From assembly GCA_041750285.1 (NCBI GenBank), contig JBGSZS010000004.1, positions 128,001 to 192,000 of the forward strand: a stretch of 64,000 nt of DNA, in the 5' to 3' direction. This document shows positions 55,521-64,000 of this stretch, in pieces (the stretch's first letter is position 1; each line of letters opens with the position of its first letter). The position numbers and the translations under genes were made by a program. This DNA is from Candidatus Fermentibacteraceae bacterium (GTDB taxonomy: Bacteria; Fermentibacterota; Fermentibacteria; Fermentibacterales; JCC-6). The notes under the pieces are model-generated. The model was not told the origin of the DNA. It saw only the letters and a list, made by a program, of their open reading frames with translations, and did no database searches.

Positions 55521-57081
55521 TGCCCTCCCCGAGAACCGGCAGGATAAGCGATGCCAAAAGCCCACCATGTGGCCGGTTCTGAAGTTCCATGCGTCCCCCG
55601 TGTTCCTGCGCTATCTTTCTGCAGAGGTAGAGCCCGAGCCCCGTTCCCTCGGCCTTGGTTGTATAGAAAGGTTCCCAGACCCTGTCCAGCCTGCCCCCGG
55701 GAATGCCGGGGCCGTTGTCGGCAACACTGAACCTGACTTCAGCACCATCACTTGCCAGCTCAACCTCCACCAGCCCCCCGGGTTGTTCAGCCAGGGCTTC
55801 GACCGCGTTCCTGAGCATGTTGCCCAGAGCCTGACCAAGGCGCATGGGGTTGCCCAGAACCATCACGGGCTGGTCATGCCCGGGGAATGAAATGGTCACC
55901 CCGCCCGCGAAACCGTGAACCGCGGATTCCACGGCTTCATCTGCAAAATCGGCAAAGTCCATTTCTTCGCGCTGAAAGTCGTCGGTATCACGGGCAATGC
56001 TTAGGTAACCGTCAATGAGCTCCGAAACCCTGCGGGACTGGCTGACGATGATTCCCGTCATCCTTTCCGTCTTGTCTTCGGGAAGACTGCCCGAACTTAG
56101 CATTTCGGCTGCGCCGCTTATGGACGCGAGGGGGTTCCTTATCTCATGGGCAAGCGTGGCGCTCAGTCTGCCGACTATCGCGAGGCGCTTGCGCTCCTCA
56201 AGCGCGGCCCTGAGATTGGCGGCCTCGGTGATGTCGCTGAGCACCACGATGACACCGTTGCCCGCTTCGGAGCGGTTGAAGCGGCAGTTGATTATGCGCT
56301 CGTCCATGACCATTTCCATGGTCTCGGGCGCCCTGTCGTCGGCAAGGAACTGCGCGATGGCGCTCTCGATCGGCGTTCCCTGAAGCACGCCGATCTCCCG
56401 GCTGGGAAGGCCCAGTATGTCGACCGCAGCAGGGTTCGCCTGCAGGAGGTTGCCGCGCGAGTCAACCACGATGACTCCGTCCCTGAGGTTTTCGAGCACC
56501 TTTCGGGACCTGGCCCTGAGTTCGGCAAGGTTGTTCAGAAGGTTCTGGAGCCTGCCTGTCTCGGAGTAGAACATCCTGCCCAGAATGCCGCCCGTGATTC
56601 CGGCCGCGAAGACGAGCGCGGCATTAAGGGCGGTCTGGGCCAGAAGGTAGTTCGTGGTGAGCTTGTACTGGCCGGCCGCGATGAGCGTGCCGACCATTTC
56701 GCTTTTCGCCGAGGGGGGACCGTAGATGGTGAATGCGACGCTTCCCGCCAGAACGACTGTGGTTGTGGCCGCCGCCGTAAAACCTCCCCTGGTGCCCAGG
56801 TAGAAACCGTAGGCGAAGGCGTGGGCCGCCATGAATGCGATGAAGGGGCTTTCAATGCCGCGTGATACCGCCATTATGGTTCCCAGGGCCAGAGCGTCGA
56901 GAACGCAGAGCAGGTAGTAGGGCCACCGGGCTTCGGGCTTTCTGCGCATGACGGGTGTTGTGGCGATGGTGGCCAGGACCACAAGCATACCCACGGAGAT
57001 GAAGACCGGGCCCAGGTTGTCGCGCTGAAGGAGGAATGCCCCGGCTACGGAGAGCATTCCGAGAACCGCGAGGCGCCCCAC
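55510..57081 (-). CDS. pilS: PilS-like sensor histidine kinase (start may lie slightly upstream)
   Basis: Multiple N-terminal TMs, PAS domain, AHEIRNPL, PFYTTK..GTGLGL. Confidence 0.85.
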   Translation of the reverse strand: MGRLAVLGMLSVAGAFLLQRDNLGPVFISVGMLVVLATIATTPVMRRKPEARWPYYLLCVLDALALGTIMAVSRGIESPFIAFMAAHAFAYGFYLGTRGGFTAAATTTVVLAGSVAFTIYGPPSAKSEMVGTLIAAGQYKLTTNYLLAQTALNAALVFAAGITGGILGRMFYSETGRLQNLLNNLAELRARSRKVLENLRDGVIVVDSRGNLLQANPAAVDILGLPSREIGVLQGTPIESAIAQFLADDRAPETMEMVMDERIINCRFNRSEAGNGVIVVLSDITEAANLRAALEERKRLAIVGRLSATLAHEIRNPLASISGAAEMLSSGSLPEDKTERMTGIIVSQSRRVSELIDGYLSIARDTDDFQREEMDFADFADEAVESAVHGFAGGVTISFPGHDQPVMVLGNPMRLGQALGNMLRNAVEALAEQPGGLVEVELASDGAEVRFSVADNGPGIPGGRLDRVWEPFYTTKAEGTGLGLYLCRKIAQEHGGRMELQNRPHGGLLASLILPVLGEGNGG

Positions 57082-57133
57082 CTGAAGCCAGGTGCGGCGC
57101 CTCGGGCTTATGCTGAGGATTTCCTTCGGCGTC

Positions 57134-58339
57134 TCAGTTCCCCACGGCCTGGATCATGTCGAAGATGGGAAGGTACATGGCTATGACCAGGGCGCCCACG
57201 AAACCGCCCAGGAACACTATCATCACCGGTTCGAGAGTGCTTGCGAGGCCCGCAACGGCTGTGTTCACTTCCTCGTCGTAGAAATCGGCTATCTTCACGA
57301 GCATTTCGTCGAGACCGCCCGTCTCCTCTCCCACCGAGATCATCTGCGTGACCATTGTGGGGAACACACCTGATGCCTCGAGCGGGCCCGATATGTTCTC
57401 ACCCCCCGAGATGCTTATGCGGGCGTTCTGGATGGCCTCGGATATCACCACGTTGCCCGACGTCTTCGCCGTTATTGCAAGACCGTCGAGTATCGCAACA
57501 CCGCTTGAGATGAGGGTGCCCAGGGTTCTTGTGAACCTGGCGATGGACATTTTGCGGTTGAGGATACCGAATATGGGCAGGGAAATCTTCAGTGTGTCGA
57601 TGAACTTCCGGCCGCCAGGGGTTTTTGCGAAGATGTTGTAGAGGATTGAAAACCCTACCACCCCGATGATTATGTACAGAATGTTGTTCTGAACGAACTC
57701 GGAAAGATCCACCACGGCCTGCGTCATGGCGGGAAGCTGGCCGCCGAGATCCTCGAACATCTGCTGAAAGATGGGGATGACGAACAGGAGCATTGCAAGG
57801 GTTGCGAGGATGACCACGATGAGGACCACCATGGGGTACATCATGGCGCTTTTTATCTTGGCGTTCAGTGCCGCGCTGCTTTCGAGGTATTCGGCGAGCC
57901 TGCCGAGGATGGTGTCGAGGATACCGCCCTGCTCACCAGCTGAGACCATGTTGCAGTAGAGTTCGTTGAATACCTTGGGGTGCTTGGCCAGGGCTTCGGC
58001 GAGGGTGCCGCCCTTTTCGACCTCGTTGGTGATGTCGGCGATGATGTCCTTGAAGATGCTGTTGTCCTGCTGCCTTGCGAGGATCTGGAGGCAGTTGACC
58101 AGTGGAAGACCCGCGTTGATCATGACCGAGAACTGCCTGGTGAAGGTGGCCAGTTCCTTGTTCTTCACGCCGGAGCCGATGACTCCGAACTTGGCCATGT
58201 CGAAGCCGCCCTTTATCACGGTGACCGTGATGCCCCTGCGCTCGAGAAGTTCCTGGGCTTCCTTCTTGTTCTTGCCGGCTATGGTTCCGGAGAGCGTTCT
58301 GCCCTGCCTGTTGGTACCCTGCCAGTGAAACTCGGCCAT
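57134..58339 (-). CDS. pilC: Type IV pilus platform protein
   Basis: FTRQFSVMINAGLPL, AGEQGGIL, IKSAMMYP, VGEETGGLDEML, AMYLPIF. Confidence 0.95.
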   Translation of the reverse strand: MAEFHWQGTNRQGRTLSGTIAGKNKKEAQELLERRGITVTVIKGGFDMAKFGVIGSGVKNKELATFTRQFSVMINAGLPLVNCLQILARQQDNSIFKDIIADITNEVEKGGTLAEALAKHPKVFNELYCNMVSAGEQGGILDTILGRLAEYLESSAALNAKIKSAMMYPMVVLIVVILATLAMLLFVIPIFQQMFEDLGGQLPAMTQAVVDLSEFVQNNILYIIIGVVGFSILYNIFAKTPGGRKFIDTLKISLPIFGILNRKMSIARFTRTLGTLISSGVAILDGLAITAKTSGNVVISEAIQNARISISGGENISGPLEASGVFPTMVTQMISVGEETGGLDEMLVKIADFYDEEVNTAVAGLASTLEPVMIVFLGGFVGALVIAMYLPIFDMIQAVGN

Positions 58340-58349
58340 GTGCACCCCC

Positions 58350-59447
58350 CTAAAGAGTCGTGTCGCGACCTGTTACGATCATCTGTTCAAGCTCGGTCGG
58401 GTTGGGTGAGCGTTCGAGGGCAACGTCCTTTGCCACTTCCCTGTTGCTCACCAGCTTGAATAGGGCCTGGTTCATGGTCTGCATGCCGAACTTGTGCCCG
58501 GCCTGCATCATGCCGTAGACCTGGTGAAGCTTGTCCTCCCTTATGCAGGACTTGACCGCGGGGGTGCACACGAGCACCTCGGCGGCAAGGGCCCTGCCGG
58601 TGCCCCGCTGTCTGGGGATGAGCTGCTGGGTCATCACGCCGAGAAGAACGAACGAGAGCTGGCTTCTGACCTGTTCCTGGCTTGCGGAGGGGAAGGTGTC
58701 GATGATTCGGTTGATGGATTCGTAGGTGGAGTTGGTGTGCAGGGTGGCCAGGGTGAGGTGGCCCGTCTCGGCGATGTTGAGGCCTACCTGCATGGTCTCG
58801 CGGTCACGCATCTCGCCGATGAGGACGACGTCGGGGTCCTGCCGGAGGATGTAGCGGAGGGCGTCGGCGAAACCGTCGGTGTCGGACCCTATCTCCCTCT
58901 GGTTCACTATGCACTTGTTGTGGTGGTGCACGTACTCGATGGGGTCTTCGATGGTGATGATGTGCGCCCTTCTGAGCCCGTTCACCCTGTTGATTATGGA
59001 GGCAAGGGTTGTCGTCTTGCCGCAGCCCGTCGGGCCGGTCACCAGTATGAGACCCTGCCTTTTGTCGGCCAGGGTCGCGACGACCGGTGGAAGCCCGAGT
59101 TCCTCGAAGCCGAGTATCTCGTAGGGGATGACCCTAATTGCCGCGGCAACGGCTCCCCTTTGCAGGTAGACGTTGGCCCTGAACCTTGAAAGGCCCTTGA
59201 TGCCGAACGCGAAGTCGAGTTCCTTGTCGAGTTCGAACCTCTTCTTCTGTTCGTCCTTCAGAAGGCTGTAGATGATGCTCTGGGTTTCCTTCGGAGTAAG
59301 GGGGTCGTACTCCATCCGGATGAGGTCGCCGTCGATGCGTATCGTCGGCGGGGCTCCGACGGTTATATGAAGGTCTGTGGCGCGGCGCTCCATCATCTCC
59401 TTGAGGAGGGTTCTGATGTTGAGCCCGTGTACGACTTCCGCGGCCAT
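58350..59447 (-). CDS. pilT: Type IV pilus retraction ATPase
   Basis: TDLHITVG, RFRANVY, GPTGCGKTTT, TIEDPIE, LRQDPDVVLIGEMRD, AETGHL, GMQTMNQ. Confidence 0.93.
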   Translation of the reverse strand: MAAEVVHGLNIRTLLKEMMERRATDLHITVGAPPTIRIDGDLIRMEYDPLTPKETQSIIYSLLKDEQKKRFELDKELDFAFGIKGLSRFRANVYLQRGAVAAAIRVIPYEILGFEELGLPPVVATLADKRQGLILVTGPTGCGKTTTLASIINRVNGLRRAHIITIEDPIEYVHHHNKCIVNQREIGSDTDGFADALRYILRQDPDVVLIGEMRDRETMQVGLNIAETGHLTLATLHTNSTYESINRIIDTFPSASQEQVRSQLSFVLLGVMTQQLIPRQRGTGRALAAEVLVCTPAVKSCIREDKLHQVYGMMQAGHKFGMQTMNQALFKLVSNREVAKDVALERSPNPTELEQMIVTGRDTTL

Positions 59448-61234
59448 CAGGACGAAACCGCCCGGACCTGGGACTCGAGCCTGTAATTCATGGCTGCCAC
59501 CTTCACTTCCTCGTCATCGTCTGCAGTGACCCTGACCACTTCCTCGAGAGTGGTGACACCGTGCTTGAGCTTCTCGACGGCGTCCATGCGCAGGGTTCTC
59601 ATGCCGCTGCGTACCGCGAGCAGCCTGAGCTGTGCCGCGGTCTCCCTGTCGATAATCGCCTGTTTCATCGCCTTGTCCAGCGTGAGGACTTCGTAGAGAC
59701 CGATCCTGCCCTTGTAGCCTGAACCGTTGCACCTTGCGCACCCCTTGCCCCTCTGGGTCTTGGCGCCGGCCATTTCAGCCGGGTCGATGCCCGCTTCAAT
59801 ATAATCATCCGTCGCAAATGTGAAAGGTTCGCGGCAGTATTTGCATATCTTCTTGACCAGCCTCTGGGCCATTATGGTCCTGACGGCGCTGGCCACAAGG
59901 AACGGCTTTATGCCGATGTCGACGAGACGGTTGATCGTGCTTGGGGCATCGTTGGTGTGGATGGTCGAGAAGACCAGGTGGCCCGTGAGGGAAGCCTTGA
60001 TGGCTATGGACGCGGTCTCGAGGTCACGGATCTCCCCCACCATGATGATGTTGGGGTCCTGCCGCAGAATGCTTCTGAGGGCAGTTGCGAAGGTGTAGCC
60101 CATGCCGTGGTCTATCTGCGTCTGGACGATGCCGTCGATGTTGTACTCGACGGGATCCTCCGCGGTGTGGATGTTCACGGCCGGCGTGTTCAGGCTGCTC
60201 AGCGCCGAGTAGAGCGTGGTGGTCTTGCCGCTTCCCGTCGGACCCGTGACGAGGACGATGCCGAACGGTGAACTCACGCCTGCCATGAACTTCTTGAGCG
60301 CGTCTTCAGGAAAGCCGAGCTGCCTGAGATCGAACTCGAGGTTGCCGCGGTCGAGGATCCGGAGCACGATCTTCTCGCCGTTCACCGTCGGGACCGCGTT
60401 CACCCTGAAGTCGATTATGCGGTTGTCCACCTTTGCCTTGATGCGGCCGTCCTGTGTGCGCCTTCGTTCAGCTATGTTCATGCCCGACATGATCTTGAGC
60501 CTTGATAGAATGGAGGGCTGAACCGTCTTGGGAAGCCTTATGACCTCGTGGCAGGTCCCATCCCTCCGATACCTTATCCTGAGGAACTTCTCGTACGGTT
60601 CGATGTGGATGTCGCTCGATTCGGTCTTTACCGCCTCGGCTATCATCTTGTCCACGAACCTGACGATGGGCTCGTCCTTGTCCGTCAAAAGGCTGTCGTC
60701 GGTACGCTCGTCGTCGTCGATACCGGGGTCGAGGCTCGCCACCTCGACTATGCCGTCTTCGTCCTCGTCGTACTGGTTGAGGGTGGATTCGACGCTGACA
60801 AGGGAATCGCGGCGGCCGTAGATCTCGTCGAGAGCACGGCGCAGGGCCGAGGGGGACGAGGCGTAGACGACGATCTCGCAGCCCGTGGCGAACTTGACCT
60901 CGTCGACTGCGTACATGTTGGCGGGCTGGGCCATGGCAACCATGACGGTGCTGCCCTCGCGCTCGAGGGGAACGACCATGTGTTCCCTCGCGGTGCTCTC
61001 GGGTATGATCTTGGCGGCGTCGTCGGGAAAGGCGGTTTCGTTGAGGTAAACGGGATCGACGCTGTAGATGTCGGCCAGAAACTCGGTGATGAGCTCTTCG
61101 GTGACCTGCCCCCGGAGGACCATTGCCTCGGCGAGTTCCACCTCGCCGGGACCCCACTCCCCCGCTATGGTGTCGATCTCGTCCTGCGTGGCCAGGCCCG
61201 CCTGAACAAGCATCATGGAAAGCCTTGTCTGCAT
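59447..61234 (-). CDS. pilB: Type IV pilus assembly ATPase, second copy (degenerate MshEN)
   Basis: SDIHIEP, GPTGSGKTTT, EDPVE, LRQDPNIIMVGEIRD, CKYC...CARC. Confidence 0.9.
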   Translation of the reverse strand: MQTRLSMMLVQAGLATQDEIDTIAGEWGPGEVELAEAMVLRGQVTEELITEFLADIYSVDPVYLNETAFPDDAAKIIPESTAREHMVVPLEREGSTVMVAMAQPANMYAVDEVKFATGCEIVVYASSPSALRRALDEIYGRRDSLVSVESTLNQYDEDEDGIVEVASLDPGIDDDERTDDSLLTDKDEPIVRFVDKMIAEAVKTESSDIHIEPYEKFLRIRYRRDGTCHEVIRLPKTVQPSILSRLKIMSGMNIAERRRTQDGRIKAKVDNRIIDFRVNAVPTVNGEKIVLRILDRGNLEFDLRQLGFPEDALKKFMAGVSSPFGIVLVTGPTGSGKTTTLYSALSSLNTPAVNIHTAEDPVEYNIDGIVQTQIDHGMGYTFATALRSILRQDPNIIMVGEIRDLETASIAIKASLTGHLVFSTIHTNDAPSTINRLVDIGIKPFLVASAVRTIMAQRLVKKICKYCREPFTFATDDYIEAGIDPAEMAGAKTQRGKGCARCNGSGYKGRIGLYEVLTLDKAMKQAIIDRETAAQLRLLAVRSGMRTLRMDAVEKLKHGVTTLEEVVRVTADDDEEVKVAAMNYRLESQVRAVSS

Positions 61235-61242
61235 TGCTCTTC

Positions 61243-63006
61243 CTAGAAGTTGGCCACTGTTTCCCTCACGACCTCCTGAAAGGTTGTGAGACCCATCTCA
61301 AGCTTGCGCAGGGCCGCTTCGCGAAGGTTTATCATGCCCCGGGCCAGTGCGGTCTTCTCGAGTTCGATGCTGTTGGCGTCGTTTTCGATGAGGGCGCGCA
61401 TCTCCTCGTCGACCGTCATGACCTCGTATATGCCTATCCGGCCCTTGTAGCCCGTGTTGTTGCACTGGGGGCAGCCCGTGCCCTCGTAGAACGTGGTGGA
61501 ACTGAACCTGTCGGGGTCGACCCCGGCGTCTTCGAGCGCTTCCCGCGAGATGGAGACCGGTGTCTTGCAGTTCTTGCAGATCTTGCGGATGAGCCGCTGG
61601 CTGCACACGCAGATCAGCGAGGTGCTGAGCATGTAGGGCTCGGTTCCCATGTCGACGAGGCGGTTGATCGTGCTGGGGGCGTCGTTGGTGTGAACGGTGG
61701 AGAGCACCAGGTGCCCCGTGAGGGCTGCCCTGATGGCTATCTCGCTTGTCTCCTTGTCGCGGATCTCGCCCACCATGATGATGTCGGGGTCCTGCCTGAG
61801 GTACGCCCTGAGGGCCATCGCGAAATTTAGACCAACATCCTCGTTCATCTGGACCTGGTTGATGCCCTTGAGGTTGAACTCGACGGGGTTCTCGGCGGTC
61901 ATGATGTTCACGCCGACCTCGTTGAGCTCGCTGATGGCGCTATAAAGCGTGGTGGTCTTGCCGCTGCCCGAAGGGCCGGTGACAAGGGCAATGCCGTACG
62001 GCCTTTTTATCGCCCGGCGGAAGGCCTTGAGGGCCTCGGGTTCGAAACCCAGGGTTTCGAGATCGAGCGACACCTGTGACCTGTCGAGAAGCCTCAGCTC
62101 GACCTTTTCACCGAACAGGGTGGGCAGCGTGGAAACTCGCATGTCGACGAACCTGTCGCCGACCCTGATCTTGGTCCTGCCGTCCTGCGGGAGGTGGTGC
62201 TCGGCGATGTTCATGCCGCCGAGGATCTTCAAACGGCTGACCATGGCGAGGCGGTACTTCCTGCTGGGCCTCATTATCTCGTGCAGCACGCCGTCGATGC
62301 GGTAGCGTATCCTGACGTACTTCTCGAACGGTTCGAAATGAATGTCGCTGGCGCCGCGCTTCACTGCGTCGGCCACCACGCGGTTCACGAGCTTTACGAC
62401 GGGGGAATCGCTGGTGGAGACCGCGAGGTCTTCGTCGAGCTCCTCCTCCCCCTCCTCCTCCTCGATAAGGGAGAAGAAGGCCTCGTCACCAACAAGGAGC
62501 TCGTCATCGGGGCCTTTCATGACCTCTTCAACGGTCGTGTGGCCGTTCTTTCTGAGCTTCTCTTCGGAGACCGCAATGATGGCGTCCTCCTGGCGGTAGA
62601 TGCGGTCGAGTGCGCGCTGTATCATGCTGGAGGCGCAGATGTGGGGTTCGATCTCCATGCCCAGTGAAAAGCGCAGGTCGTCTATCGTGAAGAGGTTGTG
62701 CGGATCGGCCATTGCCACGACGAGGGTTTTGCCCACCCTCTCCACGGGGATGACCTCGTAGCGTATGGCGAGCTTGGCCGGGATGAGCTGCAGCACCTCC
62801 GGTTCGATGCGCATCTTTTCGATGTTGATGGCCTCGATGCGTATCTGTCTGGAAAGGTAGCTGTTTAGGTCTTCCTCGTTGATGAGTTTCATGCGGACCA
62901 GGTTCAGGCCGAGCCTTCCGCCCTGGTCCCTCTGGGCATTCAACGCGCCCTCGAGCTGATCACGGGTGATGACACCGGCTTTCACCAGCATTTGGCCCAG
63001 TTTCAT
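61243..63006 (-). CDS. pilB: Type IV pilus assembly ATPase, first copy (intact MshEN motif)
   Basis: KLGQMLVKAGVITRDQLEGALNAQ...RLGLNL; GPSGSGKTTT, LRQDPDIIMVGEIRD, CKNC...CPQC. Confidence 0.92.
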   Translation of the reverse strand: MKLGQMLVKAGVITRDQLEGALNAQRDQGGRLGLNLVRMKLINEEDLNSYLSRQIRIEAINIEKMRIEPEVLQLIPAKLAIRYEVIPVERVGKTLVVAMADPHNLFTIDDLRFSLGMEIEPHICASSMIQRALDRIYRQEDAIIAVSEEKLRKNGHTTVEEVMKGPDDELLVGDEAFFSLIEEEEGEEELDEDLAVSTSDSPVVKLVNRVVADAVKRGASDIHFEPFEKYVRIRYRIDGVLHEIMRPSRKYRLAMVSRLKILGGMNIAEHHLPQDGRTKIRVGDRFVDMRVSTLPTLFGEKVELRLLDRSQVSLDLETLGFEPEALKAFRRAIKRPYGIALVTGPSGSGKTTTLYSAISELNEVGVNIMTAENPVEFNLKGINQVQMNEDVGLNFAMALRAYLRQDPDIIMVGEIRDKETSEIAIRAALTGHLVLSTVHTNDAPSTINRLVDMGTEPYMLSTSLICVCSQRLIRKICKNCKTPVSISREALEDAGVDPDRFSSTTFYEGTGCPQCNNTGYKGRIGIYEVMTVDEEMRALIENDANSIELEKTALARGMINLREAALRKLEMGLTTFQEVVRETVANF

Positions 63007-63130
63007 CGATTCGTTCTCCTCTCAGACGGGCTGAGTGTTTACATGGACTTTCGAGAAGAGAATTGCCGTGTTATTCTGCAACAATTCCCCGTCAAGTCAA
63101 TGCCCCTGCGCCACTGGAAAAGGCTTCCCG

Positions 63131-64000
63131 TCAGAAGTTGATCATGACCCAGAGGTCGAGGCCGACATCGATCTGGTCGTACTGGGAGTTGACCTTGTCG
63201 GTCTTCCACCCGTAAATGGCTGTCAGTCCTGCCTGAACGGTGCCGAAATCGTAGTTGGCGTAGGGTTCTATCCGCCATTCCGTGCGGTCAGTCTGGAGGA
63301 TGTCGTCGCCGAAGTCACGGAATATCTCGCTTCTTGTGAGGCTTCGCGTGAGCTTGAGCCCCGTGGTGAGGTCGCTCTGGAAGCGCAGCCTGATCCTGTT
63401 GAGAAGGGGAAGCGGGATGGAGATGCCCTGGGGAGCCCTGAAGGCATAGGACAGGCCGATCTGGGTGGAGTGGCTGGTGCCTTCAGTTACGGCGCTGGTT
63501 CCCGTGAAGTTCCTGGTCTCGGTGAGGGTGATGTTGTCCGAGATCGTTATCTGAAGTTTGTTCTTGAGGTTGGCCGTGATCGAGGCGAGGGGGGCGAACC
63601 TGCGTGACACGGTCTCGCTGACCGGGACCTCCTCGCCATCCTCCACCCTGGATGCCGTGGTTGTCTCGATCCGGTAGCCTGAACTGACCGTGCCGGTGCG
63701 AAGGAAATCCAGCGGGGCGAGCCTCTCCAGGCCGCTCCAGGAAAGGGTCAGCGAGGGCCATGTGGTGGTCTGCTGTCTGTTCAGGTAACCGCTGTAGTAG
63801 CTTCTGGTGAGGGAGTTGCCGTACTCGGCCCTGAGGGAGAGCGTGCTGATCGGCCTCACTCCGCCTCCGAGCTGCATCGATTCGCCCTCGGTCCGGCTGT
63901 AGGGCGAAAGGCTGTCCAGCGTGTTCTCGATGCCGAACTGGTAACGCCAGGGCGGAAGGCTTTCGAGGGACTTGTAGGTCGTGGCGTTGGTGAATGAAAG
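63131..64000 (-). CDS. sprA: C-terminal part of a large outer-membrane beta-barrel, probably the T9SS translocon SprA/Sov (partial)
   Basis: Frame open to the window edge; PPWRYQFG, RFAPLASI...KNKL, SDL, IEPYANYDF; amphipathic strands; terminal Phe. Confidence 0.65.
   Translation of the reverse strand, partial: LSFTNATTYKSLESLPPWRYQFGIENTLDSLSPYSRTEGESMQLGGGVRPISTLSLRAEYGNSLTRSYYSGYLNRQQTTTWPSLTLSWSGLERLAPLDFLRTGTVSSGYRIETTTASRVEDGEEVPVSETVSRRFAPLASITANLKNKLQITISDNITLTETRNFTGTSAVTEGTSHSTQIGLSYAFRAPQGISIPLPLLNRIRLRFQSDLTTGLKLTRSLTRSEIFRDFGDDILQTDRTEWRIEPYANYDFGTVQAGLTAIYGWKTDKVNSQYDQIDVGLDLWVMINF

Overview
GC-rich, gene-dense bacterial chromosome segment, mostly on the minus strand. Gene content (type IX secretion cargo with a C-terminal domain, a partial SprA-like translocon, a short C-terminal TW-x-x-VK motif, a sigma54/PilSR type IVa pilus locus) points to an FCB-superphylum organism, possibly Fermentibacterota; this placement is inference. 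Left to right: a hypothetical gene with upstream direct repeats; an HTH-nucleotidyltransferase fusion with a degenerate active site; an M28 peptidase; a PAP2 phosphatase; a YtrA-type GntR-ABC operon with its operator; an AAA ATPase; a carrier-protein cluster (degenerate AcpS, AcsA-like ligase, ACP, two KBL-like PLP enzymes); two lytic transglycosylases flanking two TPR proteins; housekeeping genes (asd, holA, SurA/PpiD-like, Btu/Fec-type ABC importer, an atypical sigma70, dnaG, mutS2, dnaJ, dnaK, mtnA, coaC, coaX, nadC); a diguanylate cyclase divergent from five tandem lipoproteins carrying nine copies of one ~85-aa domain; a surface-glycan operon with a pyruvyltransferase-FrhB fusion; two pilins each with a sigma54 promoter, pilRS, pilC, pilT, two tandem pilB; and the 3' end of sprA. 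I saw no rRNA, tRNA, CRISPR array or transposase. Best candidates for an undescribed system are the AcpS*-Acs-ACP-KBL module and the repeat-lipoprotein cluster. All family calls are from motif recognition by eye; no database searches were run.
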